From Setoptus koraiensis (Eukaryota; Animalia; Arthropoda), in the NCBI GenBank assembly GCA_048013815.1, contig CM106586.1, forward strand, positions 23,808,001 to 23,872,000: a stretch of DNA of 64,000 nt, written 5' to 3'. The stretch's first letter is position 1, and each line of letters starts with the position of its first letter. Shown here in pieces: positions 24,505 to 36,724 of the stretch. The notes beneath the pieces are model-generated. The model was not told the DNA's origin. It saw only the letters and a program-made list of their open reading frames with translations, and searched no databases. The position numbers and the translations under genes were made by a program.

Positions 24505-27500
24505 GGCTCATAGTATGAGCATGAGGGCATCAATGGAATCACTGGCGTAAAATATATATATATTCGGCCAGTAATGACCTGGAGTGTTCCGATGAGTGTT
24601 AAATCAAAGACTCACTGGGTTCGTTTGTCAACATCGGCCAGCATTAACCTTAGCTGGCCGTTTGGGGCCCCGTGGTGGAGCGAGGCCCGCAGAGGCCGGC
24701 AGTGCGACGCGACCGTTGAGAGCCTCGCGATTGCCGAGGGATTCTGGCTGGTCGCTTGCTGGCTGCGTAATATGGCTGCCGCCGCTGATATAATGCGGGG
24801 CGGGCGCAGTGCGCGGCGAGCCTTCATTTGTTTGACAAGAGAGTGTCGGTGAAAGAAGAATAATGATGAAAAAGTGTAGTGAGCATAGTTAGGTTGAGTG
24901 GAGCGAAAGGTCGCGCGCAACTTGGCATTCTTAGGCCCTCTGCTGGGGCCGGCCGGCGGCTGGCTGGCGAGCCCGGCGAGCCGCTGCAAACAAAATGGAG
25001 CAGAAATGGATCGGAGCGAGTTAATTCTTTTTGTCGGTCGCTGGCTGTCGGTCGCGCTGCCTGTCGGACAATGCCGCGCTGCCGCTGCCGCCGCCGCCAA
25101 CTGGCGCTATATGGGCCCCGGCGGCCTTCTCGTGGCTCTTGGCTGGCGCTTTGGCTGGCCCTTGGATGGCTCTTGGCTGGCTCTTTGGCTGGCTCTTTGG
25201 CTGGCTCGCGTTCTTTGGGCCTGTCGCTGGCGTTCGTTTGAGTCGCTGGCGTTCTTTGGGCCCGTGGCTGGCGTTCGCTCGTTGGCCGGGCGCTATTCAA
25301 CATAATGGCGAATATAGAGCAGACACGGCGTTTCTCTGACAGCATCCGCCAAATGCGTATGTGTGTGTGTGCCATTCACACAACAAACAATTCATTCATC
25401 TTCGTCATCTCACTGTCACCAGTCATGAGCCAGCATTGATGATCGCGAGTCGCGGGTCTCGCTGCTCGCCAATGTGGGCCCGCTGTGGGCATTAGCGGAC
25501 AGGACAGAATAGAATGGATGAGCGCACAACTTGCAACGTGCACACGAGCGGCCCGTGGCGCCGAATCCCAATTCGGAGCGGATCCCAATTCGAAGCGAGT
25601 CCCAATTCGGCCCGAACTGCGCGCAGCGCTCGCATGTTCCGCGGCGGCGAGCTCGCGCGAGCCCCGCCAACGAACGCCAGCGACACAAAAGCATCCAGTT
25701 GCAAATATCGACTTGTCTCCGCATGCTGGCGCGTATATTGATGCAAACGGCGCCACCAGCAACCGCCAGCTACCACCAAACAGACACAAGTGCCCTCCAT
25801 ATCCGCTGGTGGTAGCACGTGCAAACGCGCCCGCCATTCATTTATCTCCCCTCCCATCCCGTCGTGGCGTCGCATCCTATCGCTGGCACGGACCCTTTAT
25901 AGGACCATGTTGCTCTTTAGTCAACGAGCCTTTTTGTTGTCGCTGCTGTTGTCGCTGTTGTCGCTGTTGTTGTCGTTTCTTTGTGGCCTGTCCTTCGCAG
26001 CGCCCCCGCCAACATGCGTCGCCGAGGCTCGCTGCGACTCGGCACTCGCACAAGCGCCCAAGATGAAGCTATAAGTTGGCCCCGTTCCCTTTATCACTCT
26101 GGCTCCCTCTGTCTCGGGCTCGCTCACTCCGCCTGCTCGCCCAACAACCAGCCACGAACCCGCCAAGACGCCGACGAGCATCCGGGCGGGATTATTTCAA
26201 TGGCTGGCTTGTCGGCTCGGCGCGACGCGGCGCGGCAAGCTAGCGAACGAGCAAACGCTGCGACCACATTGCCGCCGAATCGACTCGCCGCCGACGACAA
26301 GCTAGATGAATGATGAATTAATGATAATAAGTCAGTTGATTCTCTTTTGCGAGCGCAAACGCGGCGCCCATCTCCAGACAGCCTCTGGCCTCTATTATAG
26401 GCAAGAGGCAACCCTTTGCGCCCCCTCCAAGACATTTTTTGTTGCTCGCCACTCTGGGCTCCGCTCTGAATTTGCACACATGCGAACATCCCGGCGCAGA
26501 TATAATATGCAGATACGAGCATTGGGCCAGCTATCACTATATTTTATTAAATTTACACATGAATATATAAATAGGTTCAGGTATGGATATTTGCACTTTC
26601 GGCGATTGCGCTCCCTCTGTCGAGACCAATCTCTCATCCAATCCAAACAAATGGCAGAATATTTGCAATATTTGGGCCCGTCGCACTGGCGCCATCACAC
26701 GCCAACATCGTGCGGCTCTATGGGCCTTCGAGGGACGGCTCCCCTCGAAGAGGCCGCACACTGCATGGCACAGAGCTCGGCCCCGCACAGATATACCCGG
26801 ACATTAGCTTCAACAAACTGACCGACCTATCTTTTTTATGCGCTCTTTTGCGCTGGCACGCCCACAGGAAGTTGATCGCGCGGTGGATCGGGACACACCT
26901 CCGTGCGGTTTGTGTGTTCCGCTCTGGGCAGCAGTGCACGCGGCGTCTCTGCCCGATTGCCCGCCGGGCCGATGTGTGGTGCGACGCCGACCGGCCCAAA
27001 ATTGACCGACTCTGTATGCTGGGATTATCGCGCAAGAGCGGGCGCAAATTGGGCCACGGATTGGCCGACAGTGTTAAGGTTGTCGGACGGCGTTCGTGGC
27101 GCCCCAATCGGAGGTATATACAAATACACATGTTGGCGGTGCATGTGAATTGATAATTTCATGATTTTGTCATGAGTCGGTCGTCGTGCCGTGCGTTGTC
27201 CGAATGAAGTTGTCGTGCTCTCTCGAGAAGTTGTCAGTTTATCCACACATACCATACGTCATGCACTTCCTCTTTGCGCAACATCCATGGCATTGATTAA
27301 TTGTTGTGTGTTTGCAACAAGCAACGAATATCGCTGTTGCTATAGTTATCCGTTTGCATTCTCTGTTTGTTGTGTGTGTCTAATCTGCCTCTTGTTGAAA
27401 TACGAAATCCCAAAGACTGGCGGCAAAAGTATCGCTGTTTACAGCATTGTTTTATCGCGAATTTGCAAGTCGAAAATTCTCCGCTCTTCGCAGCCGAAAA

Positions 27501-30500
27501 ATGCCCTGCTCCTCGCGGTCGAAAAATGCCCTGCTCTCTCATAGGGGACACACTGAACAAAACTCTCCCTTGGCTGCATTTTTTGCTGTTTTTCCGACGC
27601 GAATTTTCCAATTCGCAACATGTTTGCGGCTGTCGAGTGAGTGCGGGCATCATGAGGGCACTCGCTGGCCTGTGTACCAGTGGACGGTCTCGAAGCTGCC
27701 GCGATTTCCTTCAAAACAGGCAGCCCATTGTGTCTGCTGGCGTCGCCCACGGAAATGAGACATTTTTTTGAGAAATGAGACGACGAAATTTCCCTGATCT
27801 GGTGGATTTTTTTCTGTTTTTGAAATTTGGCCAGACGCTTCCGCTCATTCGTTGCTGTTGCCTCGACAGCAATGAATGAGCGGAGACACCATCGAGAACC
27901 CCAATGAATTTTGAACGAGTGAACTCGAATATTTGCTCGAATGCAACTCGCCCAGTTGGCTGAATCAAGTTCGAACATTGCCAAAATAGCGCCAATTAGA
28001 CCCTAGAATAGCCGACTAATCGACATGTAATATCCTTATCTATCTTTATCTAATATTGTGCGACCGCCAACTCGCAACGAACGAACGAATTACGCAATTA
28101 CGTAATAAACCGATGAGCGCACAACAGAGAAATTGTTGGCTCTCTTCTGGAATCTGTGCACTTGCAGCAGTTGCGAGCTGATCTGTTTCTCCCTCCAACT
28201 GTCCTGATTCTGACTGTCCGGCCAGCCAGACAGTCGAGACACTGAGTTTAGAAATTTCTCTGGAATTTAGAAATTTCCAACCAAGACAAGGTGTGCGTGT
28301 TGCTTGTCTCGGTTGTATTGACGACTACCGTAGACACTGGCTGACTGGTTGGCTGGCTGGCTGAAAAATGGACAAGTTTTGGCATTGGACGAAACCAAAG
28401 GACGAGGACAACAACTTAGGGCATGTTTGGGCTGTTGTTGTTGTTGGCGAAAAAGTTGTTTGTCTCTAGCACACCTTTCTTTTTCTCTCTCCACTTGCCT
28501 ACTTGGCGAGTGCAGTTTGCTCAGACCGCGTCAAGTTGTCTGCCAGACAGAAGGCACAAACTCTTGATTCGCGAGTCTTGATCCGAGAGTCTTGAAACTC
28601 GCAAGAGGAAACTCACGGCGACCGCGACGCCACCAAGACGACGAATAAATAATAATAATAAGACTAAATATAAGAATGAGAATAAAAATAAATATGAAAA
28701 AGTAAAATGCAATAAAATCAGCCATGTATTATCCTGTCGTCGTTGCGACTCGCAGCCTGTGACTTGTCTTGGTGGGCCTAGCAGTGGCATGTGAGACGAG
28801 CATACGGCATAGAGAAATGGAGCTCGCACTCACTAACACAACTCGATACGATTCCTTGAATATCCAGCTCGCTGTCGGGGAATCTCTGGTTTTGTCGGCG
28901 ATTCTCACCGGCACACTGCACATTGCCAAACGGAGCTGCAGAGGTGTGGATTTAGGTGTGTGGGGGGAGGGGGCGCCACACTCGGGACTGTTGCTGGCCG
29001 GCAGTGTTGGCCAACAGCCCGAGCACTGCTGCCCGAAAGAAGCAAAGAAGCCGTCAAAGAATTGTTCCTCTCTATACTGCGCTACCTGTGTGTCTCTATA
29101 CGTATGCCGTATCTCTATATGTGGCGAGTTGTTGGCTTCGACGACGACGGTTTCACTGGCGCCGACTTGTTGTTGCACCTGATCAAAGTGCAGGCACCGA
29201 TCGCATCGGCGGCGGCAGCAGCTCCGAAGCTTTTTAGATTTCGAAGCTTCGAAGCTGTCGGCTCGACCAGTCGAGAACAACAACAGCATTCTTCTTTTTT
29301 TGCTTGCGAGCTGCCAGTTGCTGCCAGCTGTTCCACTGGCAGCCAATCTTGCGCACTGCATTCTCTCGTCGTCGTCGAGAGAAGTTCTCGCCAAGAATTT
29401 CTCTCTCTCTCTCTCTCTCTCTCGCCGAGAATTTCTCTCGACAACATCGAATCGCTTGTTGTTGTTCTTTCTGCTCCGTCAGTGGCCAAAATAGCTACCT
29501 AACTTTTGCTCTATATCTCGCTAGAATCTATATTGAAGCCACCGAGGCTTCCTCTGCCCACGCACCAGCTCCGAATTGGAATTTCGAAGGCACCCATGTT
29601 GTTGCTGCTGCCGCTGGACAATGTCCAATGATGGCGCAATAGGCGACTTGACCAGTTGGGCCGGTTCGTAGTTGCGGTGGTCATCATTAATTAATGAGCT
29701 TGCACGCCGAATAACTCGCTGACCACTCACTTCATTCCATCAAAATTGCACCACCGATTCGTCTGTTGGTTGTTTCAACGAGCCGTTTGTTTCGGTTTAT
29801 ATTCGTTTCAGTTTGTATTTGTTTCGGCTCATATGCTGTCTCAGTTTATGCCAGCGATACCTGCGATACGGCCATAGATGCTTGTTCGCGATAAAAACGC
29901 CAACGCTACTCGCCAATGGCCGATGCTTCCATCTTGGTCTAGCTTGATTTTGTCAGCTATTATCTAATCGTTGTTATCTCACTACTTCTGGCTCGCGTTG
30001 GCGTGTCTCTGGCGTCTGGCTGGTCAGTGAGTGCGTTTGTGTCTGTTTTTTTTTGTGTTGAAAGAGGATAAGAGGAAATGCAAATTTTCGAAGAACAGTT
30101 CTGCTCGCTATAACGCCAAATTTTACAATATTGCCGCCCAATATCTGACCATATTTATTTATATTTATTGCCCTGAGCGCAATTTAATTCAGCCTGAACA
30201 GATCATAGGCCAAATTGTCACCCTCAAATTGTCGTCTCACAAGACAGTTGTTAGACAGTTTCAGTCAGGCCGGCATTGGTGTTGAAATGGCAAGCTGTCA
30301 CATGTGTACCGTGGTAACATGACGGGCATCGACAGATCGCAATTGACCGTTATTATCTGGCTGCGTCATCTACAACCACGCCAACCTAGGTGAGCTCGCC
30401 AGTGGCTAGTGCACCCACATGCAGCCGTTCAAATATTTGCCGTTATAAACAGACAAATAAATAATTTATGTTGCGGCAAAAAGAATCAATATTAATTGGT

Positions 30501-30969
30501 GTCGGTATTAATTATCGCGCCAGACAACAGGCGGTGTTATTATGTGTTGAATGGGGCGACGACAACGAAGAGCAAGCAAACAAGACGCTTCTGTCACTGT
30601 CCATTTGCAACTGCCTGTCAGACTGTTGTTGTCGCTCGTCTGACAACAAGACTCGTGAGCTCGTTTGCGTCTTGTGTGTTATAATTAGACCGCATGAGCT
30701 AATAAAAAAATCTCGATCGCTAAATGAAGATAAGCTGGCGCTGTTACGCAATATATGCTAAATTATTATTGAAATTATTATTTTTTCATTATGTAACACT
30801 GTGTTATGCATGACGCACGCCGGAGAGCTGGCAACATGTAGTAGTAGCAACTCGCCAAAGATGGAGCTCTCTAGGCGGGACAGTGTGCAAATGGCGCAAG
30901 TGAGTGATGGGTACAGACTCCATACAAATGGACAGAGCAAACAGACGGGACATGAGCGGGGATTCAGCG

Positions 30970-31093
30970 AGGGAGAGCGGATAGATTTGAGGGATACAAG
31001 GGAGAATGGATAGATTTGAGGCAGGCAAGGGAGAGCGGACAGATTTGAGACGGGCGAGGGAGAGCGGACAGATTTAAGGCAGGCGAGGGAGAC
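30970..31093 (+). repeat. 4.3 x 29 bp purine-rich minisatellite (AGGGAGAGCGGACAGATTTGAGGCAGGCG-like)
   Basis: Units start at 30970, 30999, 31028, 31057 and 31086. Confidence 0.9.
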
Positions 31094-31610
31094 GCGCGGA
31101 CGGGATTAGCGAGACAGGAGAGAGCTAGCGATCGGGCCGGCGAGACAGGGAGAGAAAGATTATCATGATTGCCAAATGATTAATGACTTGCGAACCCGAT
31201 CACTGTGCCCACTGTGTCGCTTGCATGTTGCCGTTGCTTGCCGTTGCTCGCTGTTGCGCTCCGGGCCACCTCTGAGCCGAGTCGCGAACGCCGGATCGCT
31301 GCGAACCTTCGAATCTGCGAACCCTCGAACCTTCGAACCTTCGAACTGGCAACTGCTCGCTGCGAGCTTCGAGCCGGCAACCGGTCATTGCGAACAGCGG
31401 ACAGCCCGAGCCGTGAGATGGCCGGCGTTGATGTTGGCGTTGTTTTGGTGCAGTTTGCCCAGGAACAATTGGGAGCCGGCCGGCCGGCCACATACTTCGT
31501 TGCTCACTCACACGGATTCGCCAATCTCTGTTTCATTTATTTTCATATCTGTTTTCGCTTCTATTTTCGTCTGTTGGCTCGCCTCGCTATCTCTCTGACA
31601 CACACCGAAT

Positions 31611-31667
31611 ACCTCGGACATGTGCGGATTCCTCGGACATGTGCGGATACCTCGGACACACACGGAT
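31611..31667 (+). repeat. 3 x 19 bp tandem repeat (ACCTCGGACATGTGCGGAT)
   Basis: Read directly from the sequence. Confidence 0.9.
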
Positions 31668-31998
31668 ACTCGGATCGCGGATCTGTCGGCACACTGTCCG
31701 TTCTCATTCAATTGCAAGCGAGCCGGCCCGTTTGTTTCTCCGTTTGGACACAAACGCACCAAAAGTGACAAACAACGGGCGTCGCAACGGTCATGCCTAG
31801 ACCGTCGCCAATGGTCAGATGAGATTAGATTGGCTGGATTGGATTATCTGTGCACTTATCTCTCGCCCATGGTGTGTTTGTGGATGCGATAAACAAATGA
31901 CACCTATTAGACGCCGCAACAACTGTGCTTACAACTGTGTGTTGGTCGCCGAAGCTCGTCGTTGTTTATGCTGTCGCGTTACGTCAGCTGATGCAGCG

Positions 31999-32008
31999 CT
32001 GTCAATCA
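31999..32008 (-). promoter_or_regulatory. TGATTGACAG Pbx/Exd-Meis/Hth decamer site
   Basis: Exact match (CTGTCAATCA on +). Binding is inferred. Confidence 0.5.
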
Positions 32009-32935
32009 ACCTATATGACGCGGCATGACATTGTGACGAGCATCACATCATGCGATGGTCATCGCACGATAATCACATGATGATCACATGACGATGGTCG
32101 TGTCATGATGACGGCGCTAACAAATACATCGTATATAGACTATGCTGTTACATCATACAATATTGGTACTATGTTGGCGTTTGTGTTGGTTGCATCAGTT
32201 GTGCGTATGCCAGTGTCTCGCCTAGCCAACCAACTAAACACTGGAAAATCTTTGCTTACGAGGGCTTTGTTAGCCAAGGTGATACAATGATGAACACACT
32301 CACCTGTGAGCACACAGGTGAGCACACAGGTGAGTGTGCAAGTTTGTGTGTGGCACCGGCATCGACGGCGCGCAAATTGATGAATGTTGTTGTTGCCAAT
32401 GCGACGGCCAGTTTCGGTAGTCGGTCGATTCGCCTTTGGCCCTAAACACACATCTACTCTTTACCTGTACACACTATACACAGAGTGTGTGTGTGTGTGT
32501 GCAACAAACATGCAAACATGGCCAGAAATTCTAGATTAGATGAGCAACATGAGCAGACGATTGCGCAACGGCAGCAATGGCAACATTTGCAAGCCGAGCA
32601 TTTCATCACGATCTAAGCGCCTATATGCAGTGTTGTGCAGTTGACGTTGCGCTCCATCATCAATCATTATCTATCTGTGTGTGCCTGCCACCGGTTGATA
32701 CTGGCGTCGTGGTGGTTGCTGTTGTTGTTGTTGCTGTTGCTGTTGTTGTTGGCACCGGCACCAATGATATCGAGAATGGTTGGCAGTGGTCAGATTAGAC
32801 ATTAGAATCGGCGCTGGACATTGAGCAATGGCCACTGCCTCTAATGTCTTGCTCGCTTACTTTGTTAGTGCCCTCATTCTAAACAAAACATAATGCATGA
32901 GACGACGGCTCAATGTGTGCGCACTCTGCTGCCGG

Positions 32936-33138
32936 TTCGAAATTCGCAGTTGGCAGTTCGAAATCACAAGTTCGCAGTTCGCAGTTCGAAATTCGCAGTT
33001 GGCAGTTCGAAATCCGAAGCTCGCAGTTGGCAGTTCGAAATCAGAAATTCGCAGCTCGGAGTGAGCAGTTCGTAGTTCGAAATGAGAAGTTCGGAGTCGG
33101 AGGTTCGTAGCTGGAAGTTCGAAATTCGAAGCTGCAAA
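32936..33138 (+). repeat. ~29 x 7 bp degenerate array (TTCGCAG/TTCGAAA/TTGGCAG)
   Basis: The 7 bp register is kept throughout. Confidence 0.9.
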
Positions 33139-34826
33139 CTTGGTGTGTCGCTCGAAGTGCGCTAATCTCGGCCGGATTGTGTACAAGTGCAGTGCCAACT
33201 TGCACACAATCCGACACACACAGCGGCCAGCACACATGCGTTGGTCGCTGTCATGTTGTTGCGTATCATGGCATGTTTATTCTCGATGCCAACAGTTGCC
33301 AACATTCGCATTTGCAACATTTGCCAATGTTGCCAATTCGCTCGCATTGGCCATTGGCTTCGTTTTGAGAGCCATCGTGTTGTATTGCGATTGTTGCATG
33401 CACAAGCAACGGCGTTCATGCCAATTGTGGCATCAAGTCGCAATGCACTCGACATTCGCTTGCCATTGCCCGTTTTATGGCGGACAGACAGTTGATTCCG
33501 TCGGGCTGGCTGGCTGGTTTGCGCGAACAGCCAGCCAGACGGACACGAAAAGAAGAGAGGCCAGCGGTTTAAATCATGTCTAGCTCACTCATTATTTTTG
33601 GGCAAGTGCGCTGCGAGAGTGAGCAGCGAGCGAATGAGTCTAAATAAATTGCAAGTCTAAATGCGAGTGCTCTTGCGGAGCATGCACTATGTCATTAGAC
33701 ACCACAACAACAGCAGCGGCAACAGCCGCAGCAACAGCACAACAACAACACCAACAGCCGCAACAACAGCAACTGCACAACAACGCCGCCAACAGGTAAC
33801 AACAACAGCCAGCAACAACAACAGGTGAACACTGACACTTGTAGTTGCGCAACAGTGCCACAACACTGCGCAACACAGCAGCAAACGATTTTGTGCGCTT
33901 CTAGTCACCTGTCGCACTCACCTGTCTCATCGTGTGCTGTGTGTCGGCCCCTTTGTGTGAGCTCGAGCTGTGCGATAGTGTTAGCACTGTTTCGGCAACT
34001 ATATCTACTCCATGAATATATAGAGCTCATTTCTATTGCATCACTATATCACTTGTGCTACGATTATTATTATTATATAATATTATTACAGTGTTACAGG
34101 CAGCCACCACTTTGCAGGCCGGCAGCACCTGTTTGAATGCTGCCAATTGATGCCACTATTTACCTGTGTTGCTGTTGTTGGCTTGAATGGACATTGAGAC
34201 ACTGTTGCCACTTAAATGTTTCGTTGGTACGATGCTAACGGGTCCCGTACGTATGCTGACGCGACAGTGTTTGGGCCGATAAAATGAACCCGACTGGCCC
34301 GACCGGCCGGTCATTTCATCGGGTAGCGGCGGACAATTGCAGCGCCGGCCGCACTGGCCAGCATGAGGTCGGTCAATCGAGCGTGTCCCGGCAAACGCTG
34401 CAAACACACAGTCCGCATACACTGTTTGCATACAGAGTGCGCACACCGAGAGGCAATCGCAGCGCTTGACCAATCATCGCAATGATGATTTTGCAAACAA
34501 GCCAAGCGAAGCATCACTCTATACTGTGCCATGTACGCATATAGTGATACACCGGCGTGTATAGTATCAGTATGGCACCAGCATAGCTTGAGCAGTATGC
34601 AAATATCCTGTAGTGTCAGTTACGCAACACAAGCGACAGCACTCGCCTGCACTGTTGTTCTTGACAGCGGCGCAACAAGCTCGCCACACGCTCGCTGCCG
34701 GTGCATCAATTGTGGTTTGAATGCAACACACTCACTTGTTGCTGGCACAGGTTTGCAGGCCCATGTTTGCTGGCTATGTATTCATGCAGCCATATTCTGA
34801 CGGCCTGCCGATTGTTGTGTAACATT

Positions 34827-34935
34827 CTGCCAGTTCTGTCAGTGCTGTCAGTAGTGTCAGTAGTGTCAGTAGTGTCAGTGCTGTCAGTAGTGTCAGTTCT
34901 GTCGGTAGTGTCAATTCTGCCAGTTGCGCCAGTTG
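34827..34935 (+). repeat. 9 bp tandem array with 7 x TGTCAG
   Basis: TGTCAG at 34837, 34846, 34855, 34864, 34873, 34882 and 34891. Confidence 0.9.
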
Positions 34936-36685
34936 TTTCAGTGCTGCCTGTTCGTCGGCCGCACAGCCCGAGCCGTCGTTGTCGGTTTCGGTCAATTGTC
35001 CGCACTGGTGTTGTTGCGACACCACCAACAACAACAGACAGTTCCCACAGACAACCTGTTGCTGTGTGTTGTCGCTGTGTGCTGCTGTTGTGTGCTGCTG
35101 TTGTGTGCTGTTGTCGTTGCTGGCTTGCGTAACACTGGCTGCTGTCACATTGTGGCCATTTCAACACCTGACAGCAGATCCACGAGCCAATGAACCTGAC
35201 ATAAGAGCATACGCAGCAGACAACTGTTGTGAGCTTGCTGTCGTCAATTGGGCAGCAAACATGACAAGCGGATAGCACAAATAGATTGACAGGTATAGTC
35301 AGGTTATCGTTGGGCATAATGGCAGCGCTAAATGCTAATGATATTGCAGCGTGTGTGCGTGCATGAGCTTATGTGAGAAGTTGCATGAAGTTATAGGAGA
35401 GCGCATAATGATTCCATTCTCAAAACTCAAGGTGATCCCTCTGACTTTGCACACTGGGCTGCACTGCCACTCGAAATTCGAATGTGACTCGTCGTCATTA
35501 GCCGCCGTTGGCTCGTCCAGCTCACTCTCTGTTATAGCTATATATATATACGCAATATTCGCAGAGAATTGTATTACAATACACATGAGGACGGCTTGTT
35601 GAGCATTGTCGGCAGTTGCTGAGAATCGTTGTGAATTGTTGGCAATTGTTGGCAATCTTTGTGTTGTGAACAGCCTGATGTTTGAATTGCTGCTGCAATT
35701 TATATTGTGTGCGCTATTCCAACTGCAGCCGCCGACTGACAGTGGCGCTGGCTCGTTTACCTGGCCGCACTGGCCAGCTCGCCAGCTCGCCAAATCGACG
35801 GCCCAGTAAACGAGCCAGCGACCATTCAAAGGCCAATTCAAATTGGTGCATATAAAGTGAATTATATTATATGAATTTATCGTACACACACACAGTCATG
35901 AGTTACAATGCCAACACTAGCAATGAGTCGGCATAATAAGAGCGAGTATAGGTAAAATGGGATGATGACAGCGACATGTCATGTAATATTCATAATGCCA
36001 AGCGACGGGACACACACACAGGGCCACAAAGTCGTGATTTGGCCATTGTTGCGAACTAACAAGTAACTCAATGAGAGCTATCATATGACAGCTAATGATG
36101 ATCCATGTCAGCTGGTAATCAATTAGCCTAATGACATTTGAATTTGTTGTGTGCAGTCGATTGCGATGCACACAATGCCGGCGCTGGCAATATATCGGCC
36201 CAACAACTGTCGAATTGTTGTCGTTGTTGTTGTCGTTGTTGTTGTCGTTGTTGCTGCGGTTGTTGCTGTTGTTGTTGCTGCTGTGTGTCGAGACGAGAGC
36301 ACGACAATGAACAGTGCAGGCGGAAACAAACTGACGAGCTCGTCGCTCGCTGTCCCAGAGCCGGCAAAAAACTCGCAATTGGCATCGTCGTGCTTGTATC
36401 ATCAACGCTAATGATTTTCATATCCCTATGTCTGCTGTTGGGCCAACAACAAACGGATAAACGTCGATAGACGACGTTTTGTGTTTTGTTTTGCGCGTCA
36501 ATCAATTCACCTCTCTGCACAACGCTGTCCAACCAACGTATGCACCGATAGATGTACCATTTATTCATATATTCATGCATATGCAAATGTTGTTTGCTCA
36601 AAATCGCACTCATAAGATGGCTTTGTTTTTGAGCATTCGTCCAGTGGCATTTTGAGTGGGCCTAGCGAAGCGTTCATCTTGTCGC

Positions 36686-36724
36686 AAAAAGCGCACAAGA
36701 TTCCGCGAATCTTGTGCGCTTTTT
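36686..36724. other. Perfect hairpin/cruciform, 18 bp stem and 3 nt loop
   Basis: AAAAAGCGCACAAGATTC-CGC-GAATCTTGTGCGCTTTTT. Confidence 0.95.

Noticed and set aside
31300-31346. Heat-shock-element-like GAAnnTTC repeats
   Set aside because: The period is 8 bp rather than the alternating 5 bp nGAAn units needed for a canonical HSE.
31950-31970. GAAGCTCGTC, matching the first 10 nt of miR-993-3p
   Set aside because: The rest of the mature sequence does not match and there is no complementary arm.
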